Below, piece by piece: positions 60,289 to 64,000 of a stretch of DNA of 64,000 bases. Origin of the DNA: Myxococcota bacterium (GTDB lineage: Bacteria; Myxococcota_A; SURF-8); assembly GCA_965140415.1 (NCBI GenBank), contig OZ223209.1:4352001-4416000 (forward strand). The letters are read 5' to 3'. Within the stretch, counting starts at the first letter, position 1. Each line of letters starts with the position of its first letter. Under the pieces are notes generated by a model. That model worked only from the letters and a program-made list of their open reading frames with translations, was not told where the DNA came from and made no database searches. The position numbers and the translations under genes are program-made.

Positions 60289-61594
60289 CACAGCTGTCCC
60301 GCTAACTTCCAGGTTCAGCGCTACAACTACTTATTATTACAGATTGAATTTGTGATTATCAGGTGTCCGCGATAGTTTTTCTGCATTTCGAATAGTCAAG
60401 AAATGCAGGAGATCAAAATGACACAGACTGTCTTTTCGCAAGTGCTCGACTATTTGCCGGATCGCCATTTCCGCCGTTGTGTCAATCGCTATCAGGGGAA
60501 CAAGCGCATTCGTACCTTTTCCTGTATGGATCAATTCATTTGCATGGCATTTGCCCAGCTGGCCTACCGCGAAAGCCTGCGCGATATTGAAGCGACCTTG
60601 CGGGCTATTCAGCTGAAACTTTATCACATGGGTCTGCGTGGAAAAGTCTCTCGCAACACACTGGCCAGAGCGAATGAAAAACGCGACTGGCGCATTTACG
60701 CAGATCTCGCTCAGCCCCTGATACGGCGCGCCCGCGCGCTGTATGCGGACGAGAAGCTCGCCGTCGACCTAGACGCCACCACCTACGCGCTCGACACGAC
60801 AGCGATTGATTTGAGTTTGTCGCTTTTTCCATGGGCCAAATTCACGCGATACAATGGATCATTGCGTCTTCACACGCAAATGGACCTTCGCGGACGGATT
60901 CCCGCCTTTATTTCCATTACGGACGGCAAGAGCCATGACAAGCGTTTACTGGATATTCTGCCTTTGGAAGCGGGCGCATTTTATATCATGGATCGCGGTT
61001 ATGTCGATTACGGACGCATGCATCGCATCCATCGGGCGGGAGCCTTCTTCATTCTTAGAGCCAGCAAGAACACCAGCACAAAGCGAATCTATTCACACCC
61101 CATCGACAAGAGCTTGGGATTGCGCGCCGATCAGACCGTGAGCTTCGTGGACCGTGCTTCCATTCGACGCTATCCGGATCATGTGCGGCGAATCAACTAC
61201 ATCGATCCAGAATCGAACACCCGATTTGTCTGGCTGACCAACAACTTTGATCTTTCTTCGGAAACGATTCCGGACTTGTACCGGCTGCGGTGGAGTATCG
61301 AAGTGTTTTTCAAATGGATCAAACAGAATCTGCGAATCAAGGCGTTTTACGGTCGCAGCGCCAATGCGGTAAAGACACAAGTGTGGATTTCGATTACGGT
61401 TTATCTGTTGGTTGCGATTCTGAAAAAGGATCTGAATCTCGAGCACAGTTTGATGACGATTCTACAGATTTTAAGCGTCACGCTTTTCGAGGAAAGCCCC
61501 ATTTTACAGGTGCTAAAGGCAAACGCCTCCCTGCCTACCAATATCCCTTTTGGTAAGCAGTTGGAATTATTCAATAGTTAACGGGACAGCTGTG
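60289..61594 (+). mobile_element. IS4-family insertion sequence, copy B
   Basis: TIR CACAGCTGTCCCGCTAACT / AGTTAACGGGACAGCTGTG (18/19 match). Confidence 0.92.
60418..61581 (+). CDS. IS4-family DDE transposase
   Basis: Paralogue of the copy A transposase (roughly 85-90% aa identity by eye); same motifs. Confidence 0.95.
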   Translation: MTQTVFSQVLDYLPDRHFRRCVNRYQGNKRIRTFSCMDQFICMAFAQLAYRESLRDIEATLRAIQLKLYHMGLRGKVSRNTLARANEKRDWRIYADLAQPLIRRARALYADEKLAVDLDATTYALDTTAIDLSLSLFPWAKFTRYNGSLRLHTQMDLRGRIPAFISITDGKSHDKRLLDILPLEAGAFYIMDRGYVDYGRMHRIHRAGAFFILRASKNTSTKRIYSHPIDKSLGLRADQTVSFVDRASIRRYPDHVRRINYIDPESNTRFVWLTNNFDLSSETIPDLYRLRWSIEVFFKWIKQNLRIKAFYGRSANAVKTQVWISITVYLLVAILKKDLNLEHSLMTILQILSVTLFEESPILQVLKANASLPTNIPFGKQLELFNS

Positions 61595-61665
61595 GGCTCC
61601 CGTCTTGAACCTTCGGCTTTCGGTCGGGGCTCCTGTCCCGACCACAAAGACAAAAGTCAAACGAC

Positions 61666-61722
61666 GCTTGCCCATGTGACCCTCGAACACGGGCAAACCT
61701 GCGGTTTAGCCCGCGCCACCCT
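61666..61722 (-). repeat. 57-bp palindromic dispersed repeat, copy 2
   Basis: Reverse complement matches 9302-9358 at 51/57. Confidence 0.85.
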
Positions 61723-61831
61723 GACTGTTGAATACACAAGCAAAAACGGCAGGCTTACGCTCCGCCGCTACAGAAGTCAAAAAGTTGTATCGTCTAAAAT
61801 AATGAGGAACCGCGATAGACCGGAGTTGGGC

Positions 61832-62638
61832 TTAGCCAACCGACAGCATAGAAGAAATCCTATCGGGAGTACAGGTTTCCAAGATGCAACGATCCACGGC
61901 ATAGCAGTATTTCGAGAATCCCCGTTGCTGCAATTCGAAATGCTGGATCATGCGCAGCACCCAGCGCGGAACATCCGTTTCCGTTTTGATTTCCAGCACG
62001 ACGGGAGAATCGTCTTCGTTGCACGAAGCCGTTTCGGCATCGTCGAAGTAGACAAAGGTGTCATCCGTTAGGAAGTTAGTATCTCCATGCGTTGCGCGGG
62101 AGGAAATCCCCCGGTCGAAGGTGATTCGACAGTAGTTCTCGTAATCGCTGATATAGGGTTCACGACTGTAACGAACGTGTATAACCGGAGCGGCGCCATA
62201 TCGTAGAACCGCGTTTTCAAACGACTCACGCAAATTGCTCTTGATGACCGCACCGGGGCGCTCGCCGTTTTCCACCATCCGGCTCGCGGCTTCATCGAAA
62301 ATGCCTTCCCAGCGATCGTATTCGATTCTGCGTCGCGTCTTCCAGGTAATCTTTTGAAGCTTGTGCTTCACCTCGAGCCACAGGTATTTACCCGGCTCGT
62401 TGCCGTAAAAACGCACCCGCAACTTGAAGCGATTGAACTGCTTGAATTTCGTATCGTAGTAGAAGCGCAGATCCGGTGTGTCGAAATAGAAATTGTTCAC
62501 GTTGTAGCGATTATCCGGCCCGGCATAGGAATCCGGCGAGCACATGCACTGGATATAATCCCGAATCGCCCGAGCTTTAGACTCGCTGATGAGGCACTTC
62601 GTTTCGTAACGACTGATGACAACTCGTTCATCCTTCAT
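61832..62638 (-). CDS. VTC (polyphosphate polymerase/CYTH-like) domain protein
   Basis: RYETK, Y.V...YFDTPDL, RFKLRVRFY, LEVKHK, RITFD, LEIK, FSKY. Confidence 0.9.
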   Translation of the reverse strand: MKDERVVISRYETKCLISESKARAIRDYIQCMCSPDSYAGPDNRYNVNNFYFDTPDLRFYYDTKFKQFNRFKLRVRFYGNEPGKYLWLEVKHKLQKITWKTRRRIEYDRWEGIFDEAASRMVENGERPGAVIKSNLRESFENAVLRYGAAPVIHVRYSREPYISDYENYCRITFDRGISSRATHGDTNFLTDDTFVYFDDAETASCNEDDSPVVLEIKTETDVPRWVLRMIQHFELQQRGFSKYCYAVDRCILETCTPDRISSMLSVG

Positions 62639-62658
62639 GATCCACCTCGATGTAAATC

Positions 62659-63933
62659 CTACTTGGTCAATGAACGCTCGCTTTGCACCCCTACTATAGT
62701 AGACACATTGATGGCTTCAATTGTTACATCGTAAACCGCTTCTTTGAGCATGATTTTCATTTCAATATCCGAAATCTCCAGATCTAGGATCTCATCCTGT
62801 GGCAGTTGCTGCGACTTCGCCTGCTGGATCAGTTGCTCCATTTCACCAAGCGACACTTGTGCCTCTTGCTTCAAAGCCTGATATTCCCCAAATGCCTGCC
62901 GGTATTTCACCATTGCCTTTGAGAGATCCCGGTCGACTTTCGTCTGCTCGGCTTCATGGAAAAGCGAGAGGTTGTTTCGTTCGATTTTCGTGGAGCGCAA
63001 CTTTCCGAGATTCCAGTTGAACAGGGGCACCTCGATTCCCAATACCAGTTCACCCCAATCCGTCTTTTGACTTTCGTAGTGATAGTTCGCCTCGACGAAG
63101 GAAAACCAGGGAATGAGCTTGAAGCGTTCCGCCCGGTAACGACTTTGCGCCAGAGCCATCCTTCGCTTGGAAAGCTCCGCTTCCGGGCGATTGGAAAACG
63201 CCACGGTTTGCAGTGTCTCATCATCCAGCACAAGTTCCACCGGCTCGGATTCAATTACGGTCACGTTCTCTGAAACGCCAACAAGCCTGGCGAAATGCTT
63301 TTTGGTTTCGCTATAGCGACCAGCAATTCCCATGGCCTCGCGCTTGGCCTTGACGAAACGCCGTCTGGCCTTCATGCGATTCCCAAGCGAACGACTACCT
63401 AATTCGCAAAACTTGGAGACGATTTCATTTCGACGTTCTTCCAACTCCTGCTTGCGCTGTGTCAACTCCGTAAGAGATTGCAATAGAACCAGTTCCGCAT
63501 AGGTTTCGCGAATGTCGGAGATCACGTCCATCTTCAAGTCGAAGGCATCGACCCGTTCTTCCCAAAGATCGACCTGACTTTCAGCCTGCTTCTCACTCAA
63601 CTCGCCGATTCTCGGCAAACGCCAGCGAAGGCCGATTTGGAATTCCTGATTGTCCACGCTCGAATCGAAATACTTCGTGGAAAGATCGCGAAAGCGAAGT
63701 TCGGGGTTATCGACTTCGAAGCGGGAAAAGTCGGCGACTTTCTTTCTTGCCAGGACCTGTGCGTTTGCCTTGTTGAGTTCGGCACTTTTTTCAAGTCCTC
63801 GTTCAATCGCAGCGGCTTCGGTAATGACGTTTGTACCTTGTTCGGCAGAGGCCGCCAGACTCGGAAGCAGCAGAAACGCAACGAATCCGACCAGCACTGC
63901 TTTTTGTAGTGTTGCGTATGTCATGACGATCAC
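62659..63933 (-). CDS. TolC family outer-membrane protein
   Basis: Signal peptide; NPEL, NRPE, IPW, GIEVPLFNWN.GK OEP-like motifs. Confidence 0.82.
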   Translation of the reverse strand: MIVMTYATLQKAVLVGFVAFLLLPSLAASAEQGTNVITEAAAIERGLEKSAELNKANAQVLARKKVADFSRFEVDNPELRFRDLSTKYFDSSVDNQEFQIGLRWRLPRIGELSEKQAESQVDLWEERVDAFDLKMDVISDIRETYAELVLLQSLTELTQRKQELEERRNEIVSKFCELGSRSLGNRMKARRRFVKAKREAMGIAGRYSETKKHFARLVGVSENVTVIESEPVELVLDDETLQTVAFSNRPEAELSKRRMALAQSRYRAERFKLIPWFSFVEANYHYESQKTDWGELVLGIEVPLFNWNLGKLRSTKIERNNLSLFHEAEQTKVDRDLSKAMVKYRQAFGEYQALKQEAQVSLGEMEQLIQQAKSQQLPQDEILDLEISDIEMKIMLKEAVYDVTIEAINVSTIVGVQSERSLTK

Positions 63934-64000
63934 AACTTGGTGTTGGAGGAATCGGGTGCGGCCTCCGGTTTTGCGGCATCACTTGCAGCAGGAGGCAGCA
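63930..64000 (-). CDS. C-terminal fragment of an upstream gene (truncated by window)
   Basis: Open frame ...PPAASDAAKPEAAPDSSNTKL* whose TGA overlaps the TolC GTG start. Confidence 0.5.
   Translation of the reverse strand, partial: LPPAASDAAKPEAAPDSSNTKL

Noticed and set aside
58894-61594. IS pair as an assembly duplication
   Set aside because: The copies differ at many positions and have distinct TIRs and leaders, so they are separate elements.

Overview
This is a 64-kb bacterial chromosomal window, probably from a Myxococcota/deltaproteobacterial-type lineage. That placement is inferred from MYXO-CTERM-like C-termini and Cys-rich, acidic lipoproteins. The first ~21 kb holds a CHAT protease C-terminus, a TPR protein, many secreted or lipo-proteins sharing acidic Asp-Gly-Asp (DGD) linkers, a degenerate DAP-decarboxylase-like protein, an OYE oxidoreductase and a cytochrome c/beta-barrel/Rieske/DUF2231 module. 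The centrepiece (21.4-40.9 kb, minus strand) is a tightly packed 8-gene cluster: FGE-like lipoprotein, S53 peptidase, output-less CHASE2 sensor, giant doubled CapC/PgsC, 867-aa periplasmic protein, 1605-aa putative OM beta-barrel protein, HEAT protein and CapB/PgsB ligase. It looks like a Gram-negative, synthase-dependent poly-gamma-glutamate(-like) polymer synthesis and export system with no CapA/CapD in the window. The right part has housekeeping and envelope genes, a TetR-TolC-MFP-RND efflux operon, two tandem divergent IS4 elements jointly flanked by one 10-bp target duplication inside a REP-like palindrome, and a TolC-VTC pair. Intergenic DNA carries two MITE-like elements and two REP-like palindrome families. 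No rRNA, tRNA or CRISPR array was seen. All family calls come from motif recognition by eye; no database searches were run.
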